Positions 1-14,921 of a stretch of 64,000 nucleotides of DNA are shown here, piece by piece. This DNA comes from the human T2T-CHM13v2.0 reference genome, Homo sapiens. Within the stretch, counting starts at the first letter, position 1; each line of letters starts with the position of its first letter. Location of the stretch: assembly GCF_009914755.1 (NCBI RefSeq), contig NC_060938.1. One strand, written 5' to 3'. Below the pieces are notes generated by a model that had not been told where the DNA came from, did no database searches, and was given only the letters and a program-made list of their open reading frames with translations. The position numbers were made by a program, and so were the translations under genes.

Positions 1-3000
1 ATTGCTTTCCGTTCGATTCCAGTCAGTTCGATTCCATTTTGTACAAGTCCATTCCATTCGAATCCATTCCATTCCAGTCCATTCCTATTGATACCATTCC
101 ATTCGATTCCATTCCATTCGATTCCATTCCACTCGATTACACTCCATTCCATTCCATTGTATTCCATTCTATTCCATTCCTTTTAATTCCTTTCCATTCC
201 ATTTTATTACATTCCATTAGATTGCATTCGTTTCGAATCAATTACATTGCAGTCCATTACATTTGAGTCAGTTCTATTCCAGTCCATTCCATTCCGGTCT
301 ATTCCATTCGATTCCTTTCCATTCGATTCCATCCCATACTATTACATTCCATTCGATTCCAGTCTATTCGAATAAATTCTATTCGAGAAAATTCCTTTTG
401 AGTCCATTCTATTTGACTCCATTTCATTTGAGTTCATTACATTTGGGACCTTCCATTCCATTCCATTCCATTCCATTCGATGCCATTCCATTCCATTCTT
501 TTCCATTCGAGTCCATTCCATTCGGGTGCATTCCATTCCATTCACTTCCATTCCATTCCATTCCATGCCATTCCATTCGATTCTATTCCTTTCAACTCCA
601 TTCCATTCTATTTTGTTCCATCCGATTCCATTCCATTGTATTCCATTCCAATCCAATCCATTCCATTCCACTTGATTCCACTCTATTCCATTTTATTGCA
701 TTTCATTCTATTCCATTGCCATTCCATTCAATTCTACTCCATGCGAGTCCATTCCATTCGAGTCCATTGCGTTCCATTCCATTCGATTGCATTCCATATG
801 ATTCTGTTCCTTTCGACTCCATTCCAATCCACTCTGTTCCTTCTGATTCCATTCCATTCTTTTCCTTTCCATTCCAATCAATTCCGTTCCATTCGTTTCC
901 TTTCCGTTCGAGACCATTTCCCTGTGGTCCATACCATTCAGGTCTATTCCATTCGAGTCCATTCCTTTCCATTCCATTCCATTCTATATCTTGCCATTAC
1001 ACTCCCTTCCGTTCCATTCCCTTTGATGCCATTCCATCCTATTCTATTCCATTCGAGTTCATTCCTTTCGAGTCCATTCCATTCCACTCCATTCGATGCC
1101 ATTCCTTTTAACTCCTCTCCATTCGTCTCCATTCCATTCCATTTAGTTCTTTCCGATTCCATTCCATTCTATTCCATTCCATTCTTTTCCCTTCCATTCG
1201 AGTCCATTCCACTGCAGTCCATTTCTTTCGAGTCCATTCCATTCCATTCTATTCCATTCGTGTCCATTCCATTGCATTCGATATCTTTCCATTACACTCC
1301 ATTAAATTCTATCCTTTCGATTCCATTCAATTCCATTCCATTCGATTCCATTCCATTGAATTCCCTTCCATTCGACTGCATTCCATTCGAGGCCATTGTA
1401 TTCCGTTTCATTTGATTCCATTCCATTTGATTCCATTTTTTTCCAGTCCATTCCTTTCAAGTCCATTCCATTCCAGTCTATTCCAATCGATTCCAATCGA
1501 TTCGATATCATTCCTTTTGATTCAATTCCACTCGATTTCACTCCGTTCCATTCCATTGCATTCCATTCTGTACCATTCCTTTGCATTCCATTCCATTCCA
1601 TTTGATTACATTCCATTCGATTCCATTCCATTCGAATCAATTATATTGTAATGCAAGGCATTCAGGTCCGTTCTATTCCAGTCCATTCCATTATGGTCCA
1701 TTCCATTCGATTCCATTTCATATTATTGCATTCCCTTCGATTCCATTCTATTCGAATAAATTCCATTCGAGACCATTCCTTTCAAGTCCATTATATTTGA
1801 GTCCATTCCATTTGAGTCCATTACATTTGGGTCCATTCCATTCCATTCCATTACTTTCGATGCCATACAATTCGATTCTATTCCATTCGAGGACATTGCA
1901 TTCGAGTCCAATTAATTTTAATCCATTCCATTCCATTCCATTCCATTTGATGCCATTCCAATTGATTGTATTCCATTCGACTCCTTTCCATTCCATTCCA
2001 TCCGATTCTATTCCATTCTATTCTTTTCCGTTCCATTCCATTCCATTCCATTCGTTTCCATTACATTCATGTCCATTCCACTCCAGGCCATTCCAGTCGA
2101 GTCCATTCCATTCCAGTCCATTCCATCCGAGTCCATTCCATTCCATTCCATTCGATATCTTTCCATTAAACTCCATTCCATTCTATTCATTTTGATTCCA
2201 TTCAATTCCATTCCATTCATTTCCTTTGCTTTTGATTCCATTCCATTTTACTCCACTGCATTCGAGTCCATTCCATTCCATTCCATTCCACTCCATTCCA
2301 TTCAGTTCCATTCTATTCCAATCCGTTTGATTCCATTTTTTCCAGTCCATTCCATTCGTGTCCATTCTACTCCAGTCCATTCGATTTGATTCCATTCCAT
2401 TTGATTCCATTCCCCTCGATTGCACTCCATTCCATTCCATTGCATTCCATTCTATTCCATTAAAATGCATTCCATTCCATTCCATTTGGTTATATTCCAT
2501 TCGATTCCATTCCACTAGAATCAATTGCTTTGCAATCCATTATATTCGAGTCCATTCTATTCCAGTCCATTCCATTCCGGTCCATTCCATTCGATTACAT
2601 TCCTTTCGATTCCATTACATACTATTGCATTCCATTCGATTCCATTTTATTTGAATAAATTCAATTCGAGACCATTGCTTTCGAGTCCATTCCACTCGAG
2701 TCCATTCCACTCTACTCCATTCCATTTGATTCCATTCCATTCCAGTCCATTCCATTCGAATTCATTCCATTCCATTCAATTCCACTCCATTTGATATTAT
2801 TCCATTACTCTCCATTCCATTCCATTCCATGCCATGCCATTCCGTTCTATTCTATTCTATTCTATTCTATTCAAGTGCATTCCATTCAAGAAGTCCATTC
2901 CATTCCATTCCATTCTCTCCGATGCCATTCCATTCGATTCTATTCCATTTGACTCCATTTCATTTCATTTCATTCCATCTGATTCCATTCCATTCTATTC

Positions 3001-5022
3001 CTTTCCATTCTATTCCATTCCATTCCATTCCTTTCCATTTCTTTCGAGTCCATTCCACTCCAGTCCATTCCATTTGAGTCCACTTCATTCCATTCCATTC
3101 CATTCGAATCTATTTCATTGCAGCCCATTCCATTCGAGTCTATTCCCCTTCTTTCCATTCCATTCGATATCTTTCCATTACACTCCATTCTATTCTTTTC
3201 CTTTCGATTCCATTCAATTCCATACCATTCGGTTCCATTCCATTCGACTCCATTCCATTGACGTCCATTCTTTTCCATTCTATTACATTCCGTTCCGTTT
3301 GATTCTGATCCGTTGGATTCCATTTTGTTCCAGTCCATTCCAATCGAGACCATTGAATTCCAGTCCATTCCATTCGATTCCATTCGATTCCATTCCATTC
3401 CACTTGATTCCACTCCGTTCCATTCCATTTCATTCCATTCTATTCCATTCCATTTGTTTACATTCCATTTGATTCCATTCCTTTCAAATCAAATACATTG
3501 CAATCCATTACATTCGAGTCCATTGTAATCCAGTCCATGCCATTCTGGTCCATTCCATTTGATTCCATTCCCTTCGATTCCATTCCATACTATTGCCTGC
3601 GATTCGATTCAATTCTTTTCAAATAAATTCCATTCGAGACCCTTCCTTTTGTGTCCATTCTATTTGTGTCCATTCCATTAGAGTCCATTACGTTTTGATG
3701 GCTTCCATTCCATTCCATTTCATTCCATTCCACTCCATTCGATGCCATTCCATTCGATTCTACTCCATTCGATTCCATTCCTTACCATTCCATTCAATTC
3801 AATGACATTCCAATCCATTCTATTCCATTTGACTCCATTCAATTCCATTCCGTTCCATCCAATTCCATTCCATTCTATTCCATTCCATTCCTTTCCATTC
3901 CATTCCATTCTTTTACATTCCATTCGAATGCATTCCACTCCAGTCCATTCCATTGGAGTCCATTCCGTTCCAGTCCATTCCATAGGAGTCCAGTCTTCTC
4001 CATTGCATTCCATTCGATATATTTCCATTACACTCCATTCAATTCTATTCTTTTCGTTTCTGTTCAATTCCATTATATTCGATTCCATTCCATTCAGTTC
4101 CATTCCATTCGACTCCATTCCATTCGAGTCCATTCCACTCCATTCCAGTCCATTCCATTCCGTTCCTTTTGATTCCAATCCTTTCGATTCCATTTTCTTC
4201 CAGTCCATTCCATTCCAGTCCATTCCATTTGATTCCATTCCATTGGATTCCATTCCACTCGATTCCACTCTGTTCCATTCCATTGCCTTCCATTCTATTC
4301 CATTCCATTGCATTCCATTCCATTCCATTTGATTACATTCCATTCGATTTCAAGTCATTGGAATCAATTACATTACAATCCATTATATTCGAGTCCGTTC
4401 TATTCCACTTAATTTCATTCCAGTCCATTCCATTCGATTGAATTCAATTCAATTCCATTCCATACTATTGCATTACTTTCGATTCCATTCTATTCGAATA
4501 AATACCATTCGAGACCATTCCTTTCAAGTCCATTCTATTTGAGCCAAATCCGTTCGAGTCCAATACATTTTGGTCCATTCCATTCCATTCCATTTCATTC
4601 CATTCCATTCCTTTCCTTTCCATTCGATGCCATTGCATTGGATTCTATTCCATTCGAATCCGTTCCATTTGAGTCCATTCAATTCCATTCCACTCCATTC
4701 TATTCCATTCCACTCCATTCCATTCGATGTCACTCCATTCGATTCTATTCTATTCGACTCCATCCCATTCCATTCCATTCCATTCCTTTTCGTTCCATTT
4801 GATGCCATTGCATTGGATTCTATTCCATTCGAATCCATTCCATTCGAGTCCATTCCATTCCATTCCACTCCATTCCATTCTATGTCTTTCCTTTTGATTG
4901 TATTCCATTTGACTCCATTCCATTCCATTCCGTTCCATCCGATTCCATTGCATTCTATTCCTATCCATTCCATTCCTTTCCATTCCATTCTTTTCCGTTC
5001 CATTTGAGTCCATTCCACTCCA

Positions 5023-5557
5023 GTCCATTCCATTCGAGACCATTCCATTCAAGCCCAGTCCATTCGAGTCCATTCCATTTGATATTTTTCCATTACACTC
5101 CATTCCATTCTATTCCTTTTGATTCCATCCAATTCCATTCCATTCGTTTCCTTTCCATTCAGTTCCATTCCATTTGACACCATTCAATTCGAGTCCATTC
5201 CATTTCATTCCGTTCCATTGGATACCAATCCGTTGGATTCCATTTTGTTCCACTCCATTCCTTTCAATTCCACTCCATTCTGGTCCATTCCATTCGAGAC
5301 CATTCCATTCAAGCCCAGTCCATTCGAGTCCATTCCATTTGATATTTTTCCATTACACTCCATTCCATTCTATTCCTTTTGATTCCATCCAATTCCATTC
5401 CATTCGTTTCCTTTCCATTCAGTTCCATTCCATTTGACACCATTCAATTCGAGTCCATTCCATTTCATTCCGTTCCATTGGATACCAATCCGTTGGATTC
5501 CATTTTGTTCCACTCCATTCCTTTCAATTCCACTCCATTCTGGTCCATTCCATTCGA
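5023..5557 (+). repeat. Perfect 260-bp tandem duplication
   Basis: 5023-5282 matches 5283-5542 with no mismatch seen (rare k-mers AAGCCCAGTC at 5051/5311 and GATACCAATCCGTTGG at 5221/5481). The ORF track also shows identical peptides starting at 5119 and 5379. Confidence 0.93.
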
Positions 5558-7128
5558 TTCCATTCCATTCTATTCCATTCTATTCCATTCCATTCGATTC
5601 CATTCCACTGGTTTCCACTCCATTCCATTCAATTGCATTCCATTGCACACCATTCCATTCCATTTGATTACACTCCATTTCAATCCATTCCATTCAAATC
5701 AATTTCATTGCAATCAATTACTTTCGAGTCCGTTCTATTCTTGTCCATTCCATTCGATTCCATTCCTTTCGATTCCATTCCATAGTATTGCATTCCATTT
5801 GATTCTATTCTATTCGAATAAATTCCTTTCGATACCATTACTTTGGAGTCCATTCCATTTGAATCCATTGCTTTCATTTCCATTACCTTTGGGTCCATTC
5901 CATTCCATTCTATTCGATTCCATTCCATTCGACTCCATTCCAATCGAGTCCATTCCATTCCATTCCACTCCATTCCATTCCATTCCATTCCGTTCCTTTT
6001 GATTCCAATCCGTTCGATTCTATTTTGTTTCAATCCATTCCTTTCGAGTCCATTCCATACCAGTCCATTCCATTCGAATTCATTCCATTCGATTCCTTTC
6101 CATTCAATTCCTTTCCACTCAGTTCCACTCCCTTCCATTCCATTGCATTCCATTCTATTCCATTCCATTGCATTCCACTCTATTCCATTCCACGGCATTC
6201 CCTCCCATTCCATTTGATTACATTTCATTCAATTCCATTCCATTGGAATCAATTACATTGCAATACATTACATTCGATTCTGTTCTATTTCAGTCCATTC
6301 CATTCCTGTCCATCCATTTGATTCCATTCCATTCGATTGCAATCCATACTCTTGCATTCCATTCGATTCCATTTTATTCGAATAAATTCCATTGGAGAAA
6401 ATTCCTTTTGAGTCCATTCTATTTGAGTGCATTCCATTCGAGTCCATTACATTGGGCCCATTCCATTTCATTCCATTCTATTCCATTCCATTCCATTCCC
6501 TTCCATCCCATTCCATTCGATGCCATTCTATTCTATTGTATTCCTTTTGAGTCCATTCCATTCCATTCCATTTGATGCCATTCCATTCGTTTCTCTTTCA
6601 TTCAACTCCATTCCATTCCATTTCGTTCCATCCAATTCCATTCCATTCTATTCCTTTCCATTCCATTCCATTAAATTCCATTCCATTCCATTCCATTCCA
6701 TTCCATTCCATTCAATTTCATTCCATTCCATTCAATTCGTATCCATAACATTTTAGAGCATTCCAGTCCAGTCCATTCCATTCGAGTCCATTCCATTCCA
6801 GCCCATTCCATTTGAGTCCATTCCACTCCATTCCATTGCATTCGAGTCAATTCCATTACAGTCAATTCCACTTGAGTCCATTCCATTCCGTTCCATTCCA
6901 TTCCATTCCATTCGCTACCTTTCCATTACAGTCCATTCCATTCCATTCATTCGATGCCATTCCATTCTATTCTATTCCATTCCATTCCATTCAAGTCCAT
7001 TCCTGTCGATTCCATTTGATACTTTTCCATTACATTCCTTTCCATTCCATTCCATTCGATGCCATTTCATTCTATTGTATTCCATTCCATTCCATTCCAT
7101 TCGAGTCCATTCCATTCCATTCCATTCG

Positions 7129-7232
7129 ATGCCATTCCATTCAATTCTCCATTCGACTCCATTCCATTCCATTCCATTCCATTCCATGCCATTCCATTCA
7201 ATTCTCCATTCGACTCCATTCCATTCCATTCT
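7129..7232 (+). repeat. 57-bp tandem duplication
   Basis: ATGCCATTCCATTCAATTCTCCATTCGACTCC occurs at ~7129 and ~7186. Both copies carry the same 3-bp deletion (ATTCTCC versus consensus ATTCTATTCC). Confidence 0.8.
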
Positions 7233-10200
7233 GTTCCATCCAATTCCTTTCCATTCTATTCTTTTCCATTCCATTCCAATCCATTCTATTCCATTCGTTT
7301 TCATTCCATTTGAGTCCTTTCCATTCCTTTCCATTCCATTCAAGTTCATTCCATTGCAGTCCATTCCATTCCAGTCCATTCCATTCGAGTCCATTCCATT
7401 GCATTCGATATCTTTCCATTACACTCCATTCCATTCTATTCCTTTCAATTCCATTCAATTCCATTCCTTTCGATTCCTTTCCATTCCTTCCTTTTCATTT
7501 GATTCCTATCCGTTCGATTCCATTTTGTTCCAGTCCATTCCATTCGAGTCCATTCCATTCGAGTCCATTCCATTCGATTCCATTGCATTCGTTTACATTC
7601 CATTCGATTCCATTACACTCGATTACACTAAGTTACAATCCATTGCATTCTATTGTCTTCCATTCCATTGCATTCCATTCCATTCCATTTGATTACTTTC
7701 CATTCGATTCCATTCCCTTCAAATCAATTACATTGCAATCCATTATATTCGAGAGTGTTCTGTTTCAGTCCATTCCATTCCTGTCCATTCCATTCGATTC
7801 CTTTCCATTCGATTCCATTCCACACTTTTGCATTCCATTCGATTCCATTCTATTTGAATAAATTCCATTTGAGAACATTCCTTTCGAGTCCATTCTATTT
7901 GATTCCATTCTGTTCCTTTCCATTCCATTTGGGTCCATTCCATTCCATTCCAATTCATTCCATTCCATTCCATTCAATGCCATTCCATTCTCTTCTATTC
8001 CATTCGCGTCCATTCCATTCGAGTAAATTCCATTCCATTCCATTTGATGCCGTTCCTTTCGATTCTATATCATTCGACTCCATTCCATTCCATTCCATCT
8101 GATTCCTTCCATTCTATTCCTTTCCATTCCATTGCATTCTCTTCCATTCCATGCTTTTCCATTCCATTCAAGTCCATTCCATTCCAGTCCATTCCATTCG
8201 AGTCCATTCCATTCCATTCCATTCAATGCTAATCTTTTCGATTCTATTACATTCAAATCAATTCCATTCAATTCCGTTCCATCCGATTCCTTCCATTCTA
8301 TTCCTTTCCATTCCATTCAATTCCATTCCATTCTCTTCCATTCCATTCGAGTCCATTCCATCCTAGTCCATTCCATTCGAGTGCATTCCACTCCAGTCCA
8401 TTCCATTCCTGTCCAATCCATTTGAGTCCATTCCATTACTTTCCATTTCTTTTGCTATCTTTCCATTACACTCTCTTCCATTCCATTCAGTTCGATGCCA
8501 TTCCATTCTATTATATTCCATTCGAGCCCGTTCCATTTGAGTCCATTCCATTCCATTCCGCTCCATTCCATTCCATTCTGTCCAATGCCATTCCATTCGA
8601 TTCTATTCCATTCGACTCCATTTCATTCCATTCATTTCCATTTTATTCCATTCCATTCTATTCCTTTCCATTCCATTCCATTCCATTCCATTCGTTTCCA
8701 TTCCATTTGAGACCTTTCCACTCCTGTCCATTCCATTCGAGTCCATTTCGTTCCTGTCCATTCCATTCGAGTTGATGCCATTCCTTTCCATTCCATTCGA
8801 TATCTTTCCATTACACTCCATTCTATTGTATTCCTTTTAATTCAATTCAATTCCCTTCCATTTGTTTCCATTCCATTCGTCTCCTTCCATTCACATCCAT
8901 TCCTTTCCATTTCCATTCCATTCTATTACGTTCGATTCCAATCCGTTCAATTCCATTTTCCTCCAGTCCATTCCATTCTAGTCCATTCCATTCCAGTCCA
9001 TTCCATTCAATTCCATTCCATTCGATTCCATTCCACTCGGTTTCTAGACGTTCCATTATATTGCATTTCATTCCATTCCATTCCATTCCAGTTGATTACA
9101 TTCCATTGGATTCCATTTTTTTCGAATCAAATACATTGCAATCCATTACATTCGAGTCAGTTGTATTCTTGTCCATTCCATTCTGGTCCATTCCCCTTGA
9201 CTCCAGTCCATCCGATTCCATTCCATACTATTGCATTCGATTCGATTCCATTCTCTTCAAATAAATTCCATTCGAGACCCTTCCTTCTGAGTCCATTCTA
9301 TTTGTGTCCATTCCATTAGAGTCCATTACATTTTGTTAGTTTTCATTCTGTTCCATTCCATTCCATTTCATTCCGTTTGGTGCCATTCCATTCGATTCTA
9401 CTCCATTCGAGACCATTCCATTCCATTTCATTCAATTCGATGCCATTCCATTCGATTCTACTCCATTCAACTCCATTCAATTCTATTCCATTCCATCCAA
9501 TTCCATTCCATTCTATTCCATTCAATTCCTTTCCATTCCATTCCATTCGTTTCCATTCAATTCGAGTCCATTCCACTCCAGTCCATTCTATTCGAGTCCA
9601 TTCCATTCCTGTTAATTCCATTGGAGTCCATTCCTTTCCATTTCATTCCATTCGATATATTTCCATTACACTCCATTCCATCCTATTCCTTTCTATTCTA
9701 TTCAATTCCATTCCATTCGATTCCATTCCATTCGGTTCGATTCCATTCGACTCCATTCCATTAGTGTGCATTCCATTCCATTCCATTCATTCCCAATCCA
9801 TTCGATTCCAGTTTTTTCCAGTCCACTCCATTCAATTCCATTCCATTCGAATCCATTCCACTCGATTCCACTCTCTTCCATTCCATTGCCTTCCATTCTA
9901 TTCCATTCCATTGCATTCCATTCAATTCCATTTGATTACATTACTTTTGATTCATAGGCATTGGAATCAATTACTTTTCAATCCGTTATATTCGATTCCA
10001 TTCTATTCCAGTCCATTCCTTTCCAGACCATTCCATTCGATTCCATTCCATTCGATTCCATTCCATACTATTGCATTCCTTTGGATTCCATTTTATTCGA
10101 ATAAACTCCATTCGAGACCATTCCTTTCGAGTCCATTCTATTTGAGTCCATTCAATTCGAGTCCATTACATTTGTGTCCATTCCCTTCCATTCCTTTCCA

Positions 10201-13200
10201 TTCCATTCGATGCCATTCCATTGGATGCTATTCCATTCGAATCCGTTCCTTTCAAGTCCATTCCATTCCATTGCACTCCATTCCATTTGATGACATTCCA
10301 TTCTATTCTATTCCATTCAAATCCATTCCATTCCATTCCATTCCATCCGATTCCATTCCATTCTATTCCTTTCCATTCCATTTCATTCCATTGGTTTACA
10401 TTCCATTCGTGTCCATTCCACTCCGTTCCATCCCATTCGAGACCATTCCATTCAAGTTCTGTCCATTCGAGTCCATTCCATTACATTCCATTTGATATCT
10501 CTCTAATACACTCCATTCCATTCTATTGGTTTTGATTCCATTCAATTCCATGCCATTCTATTGCTTTTGATTCCATTCAATTCCATTCCATTTGATTCCA
10601 ATGCATTCGGTTCCGTTCCATTTGACACCATTAAATTCGAGTCCATTCCAATCCATTTCATTCTGTTCCGTTCGATACCAATCCGTTCGATTCCATTTTG
10701 TTCGACTCCATTACATTCGAATCAATTCTATTCCATTCCATTCCATTCGATTTCATTCGATTGTATTCCATTCCATTCCATTCCATTTCACTCGATTCCA
10801 CTCCGTTCCATTCCTTTGCATTCCATTCTATTCCATTCCATTGCATGGCATTCAATTCCATTTGATTACATTCATTTCGATTCCATTCTATTCAAATCTA
10901 TTACATTGAAATCCATTACATTCAAGTCCGTTCTATTCCAGTCCATTCCATTCTGGTCCATTCTATTCGATTCCATTCCTTTCGATTCCATTCCATATTA
11001 TTGCATTCCATTCGATTCCATTCTATTCGAATAAATTCCATTTGATTCCATTCCTCTCGATTCCATTCTATTTGAATCCATTCCATTCGAGTCCATCACC
11101 TTTGCGTCCATTCCATTCCATTCCATTTGATGCCATTCCATTGTATTCTATTCCTTTCGAATCCATTGCATTCCATTCCATTCCATTCCATTCCATTCCA
11201 TTCTATTCGTTGCCATTCCATTCGATTCTACTCCTTTCTCTTTCATTCCATTCGAATCCCTTCCATTCCATTCTATTCCATTCCATTCCATTCCATTCGA
11301 TGCCATTCCATTCGACTCTATTCCATTCGAATCCATTCCGTTCCATTCCATTCTTTCCGTTCCGTTCAACTCCAATCCATTCAATTCCAGTTTTCTCCAG
11401 TCCATTCCATTCAAGTCCATTTCATTCCAGTGCATTCCATTCAATTCCATTCCATTACATCCCATTCCATTCGATTCCATTCAACTCCATCCCACCCCAT
11501 TCCACTCCATTCCATTCCATTGCATTCCATTCTCTTCCATTCCATTGCATTCCATTCCATTCCATTTGATTACATTCCATTCTATTCCATTCCATTCATG
11601 TCCATTCCATTGAATTCTATTCCATTCTGCTTCGTGCGATTCAAATCCTTTCAATTCCATTTTTTTCCAGTCCATTCCATTCGAGCCCAGTCCATTCCAT
11701 TGCATTGCCTTCCATTTCATTCCATTCCAATACATTCGATGTCATTCCATTCTATTCTATTAGATTTGAGTGCATTCCATTCAAGTCCATCCCATTCCGT
11801 TCCATTCCATTTGATGCCATCTCTTTTGATTCTCTTCCATTCGACTCCATTCCATTCCTTCCATTCCACTCGATATCTTTCCATTACACTCCTTTCCATT
11901 GTATTACTTTCGATTTCATTCAGTTCCATTCCTTTCAGTTCCATTCCATTCAAATCCATTCCATTCCATTCCTTTCGGTTGCATTCCATTCGACTCCTTT
12001 CCATTCGAGTCCATTCTCTTCCACTCCATTCCATTCCTTTCCGTTCAATTCCAATCCTTTTGATTCCATTTTGTTCCAGTCCATTACATTCGAGTCCATT
12101 CCATTACACTCCATTCTATTTGAGTCCATTACATTCGAGTCCATTATATTTCAGTCCATTCCATTGAGTCCATTACATTTCTGTCCATTCCATTCCAATC
12201 CATTCCATTCCATTCGATGCCATTCCATTCGATTCTATTCCATTTGACTCCCTTCCATTCGAGAGCACTCCATTCCATTCCAATCCATTCCATTCCCTTC
12301 CATTCCATTCCATTCTATGCCATTCCATTCGATTCTATTCCATTCGTCTCCATTCCATTCTCTCCGTTCCATCCGAGTCCATTCCATTGTATTCATTTAC
12401 ATTCCATTTCATTCCTTTCCATTCTATTCATTTCCATTACATTCGATTCCATTCCTTTCCAGTCCTTTTCATTCGAGTCCATTCCATTTGATTCTATTCT
12501 TTCTACTGCATTTCATTCGAGTCCATTATATTCCATTCCATTCCATTCCATTCAGTTCCATTTGATTCCAATCCATTCGATTCCATTTTGTTCCAGTCCA
12601 TTCCATTCGAGTCCATTCCATTCCAGTCCATTCCATTCGATTCCATTCCATTCGATTCCATTCCACTCGATTCCACTCTATTCCATTCCATTGCATTCCA
12701 TTCTATTCCATTCCATTGTCTTCAATTCCACTCCATTTGATTACATTCCATTCGATTCCATTCCATTTGAATCAATTACATTGCAATCCTTTACATTCGA
12801 GTCCATTCTATTCCAGTCTATTCCATTCCGGTCCATTCCATTTGATTCCATTCCATTTGATTCAATTCTATACTATTTCATTTCATTCTATTCCATTCTA
12901 TTAGAATGAATTCCATTCGAGAACATTCCTTTCGATTCTATTCCGTTTGAATCCATTCCATTTGAGTCCATTACATTTGTGTCCATTCCATTCCATTCTA
13001 TTCCAATCCATTCCATTTCATTCCGTTCCATTCCATTTCATTCCATTCCATTCAATTCCATTCCATTCCATTTGAGGCCATTACATTCGATTCTATTCCA
13101 ATCGCGTCCTTTCAATTCAAGTCCATTCCATTCGCTGCCATTCCAATGGATGCTATTCCCTTAACTCTATTCAATTCCATTCTGTTCCATCCGATTCCAT

Positions 13201-14921
13201 TCCATTATATTGCTTTCCATTCCATTTTATTCTATTGCATTCCATTCTTTTCCATTCCATTCGAGTCCATTCCACTCCATTCCATTCCATTCGAGTCCAT
13301 TCCATTCCATTGCGTCTGACATCTTTCCATTACAATTCATTCCATTCTACTAATTTCGATTCCATTCAATTCCAATCCGTTCGATTCCATTCCATTCGTT
13401 TCCATTCCATTCGTCTCCATTCCTTTCGAGTCCATTCCATTCCATCCCATTCCATTTGCTTCGATTCTAATCTGTTCAATTACATTTTGTTCCAGTCCAT
13501 TCCATTCGATTCCATTCCATTCCAATCCATTCCATTTGATTCCATTCCATTCCATTCCATTCCATTAGATTCCATTCCACTCGACTCCACTCTGTTCCGT
13601 TCCATTGAATGACATTCTATTCCTTTCCTTGCATTCCATTCCATTCAATCTGATTACATTCCATTCGATTCCAATTCATTCTAATCAATTACATTTCAAT
13701 CCATTACATTCAAGTCCGTTCTATTGCAGTCTGTTCCGTTCTGATCCATTCCATTTGATTCCATTCTATACTATTGCATTGCTTTCGATTACATTCTATT
13801 CGAATAAATTTCATTCGAGACCATTCCTTTCGAATCCATTCCATTTGAGTCCATTCCATTCGAGTCCATTACCTTTGCCTCCATTCCATTCCATTCTATT
13901 CCATTGCATTGCATTCCATTCCATTCCATTCCACTCCATTCCATTCCATTCAATGCCATTCCATTCTATTCTATTCCAATCACCTCCATTCAATTCGAGT
14001 CCATTCCATTCCATTCCATTCAATGTCATTCCAGTGGATGCTATTCCCTTCAATTCCATTCAATTCCATTCCGTTCCATCTGATTCCATTCCATTATATT
14101 CCTTTCCATTCCATTCCATTCGTTTCCATTCCATTTGAGTCCATTCCATTTGAGTGCATTCCATTCCAGTCCATTCCATTCGAGTCCATTCCATTCCATT
14201 CCGTTAGATATCTTTCCAATACACTCCATTCCTTTCTATTCCTTTCGAATCCATTCAATTCCATTCTGTTCGATTCCATTCCATTTGATTCCATTCCATT
14301 CGACTCCATTACTTTCGGGTCCATTCCATTCCATTCCACTCCATTGCATTCCGTTTGATTCTATTCCGTTCTATTTCATTTTGTTCCAGTCAATTGCATT
14401 CGAGTCCATTCCATTTCTGTCCATTCCATTCGATTCCATTCCATTCGACTTCATTCCATTCGATTCCATTCCACTCAATTCCACTCCGTTCCATTCCAAC
14501 GCATTCCATTCCTTTGCATTCCATTCCATTCCATTTGATTACATTCCATTCTCTTCCAAAGCATTCGAATCAATTACATTTCAATCCATAACATTCAAGT
14601 CCGTTCTATTGCAGTCCATTCCACTCCAGTTCATTCAATTCGTTTCCACTCTACTCGATTCGATTCCATACTATTGCATTCCTTTCAAATCCATTCTATT
14701 CTTATAAATTCCATTCGGGACCATTCCTTTCGAGTCCATTCTATTTGAGTCCATTCCATACAAGTCCATTATATTTGGGTCCATTCCATTTGGGTCCATT
14801 CCATTCCATTCCATTCCATGCCATTCCATTCTATGCCATTACATTCGATTCTATTCCATTAGACTCCATCCTTTTGAGTGCATTCCATTCCATTTCATTC
14901 CATTCAATGCCATTACATTCG

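Noticed and set aside
1745-1770. Canonical heat-shock element at the TTCGAATAAATTC landmark
   Set aside because: A canonical HSE needs alternating nGAAn units (GAAnnTTC). Here GAA and TTC are 4 bp apart, and the pentamer gives only head-to-tail GAA repeats.
2846-2872. (TATTC)5 run, and the pyrimidine tract at ~55008-55034, as separate elements
   Set aside because: These are short local variants of the pentamer produced by slippage and are not distinct features.
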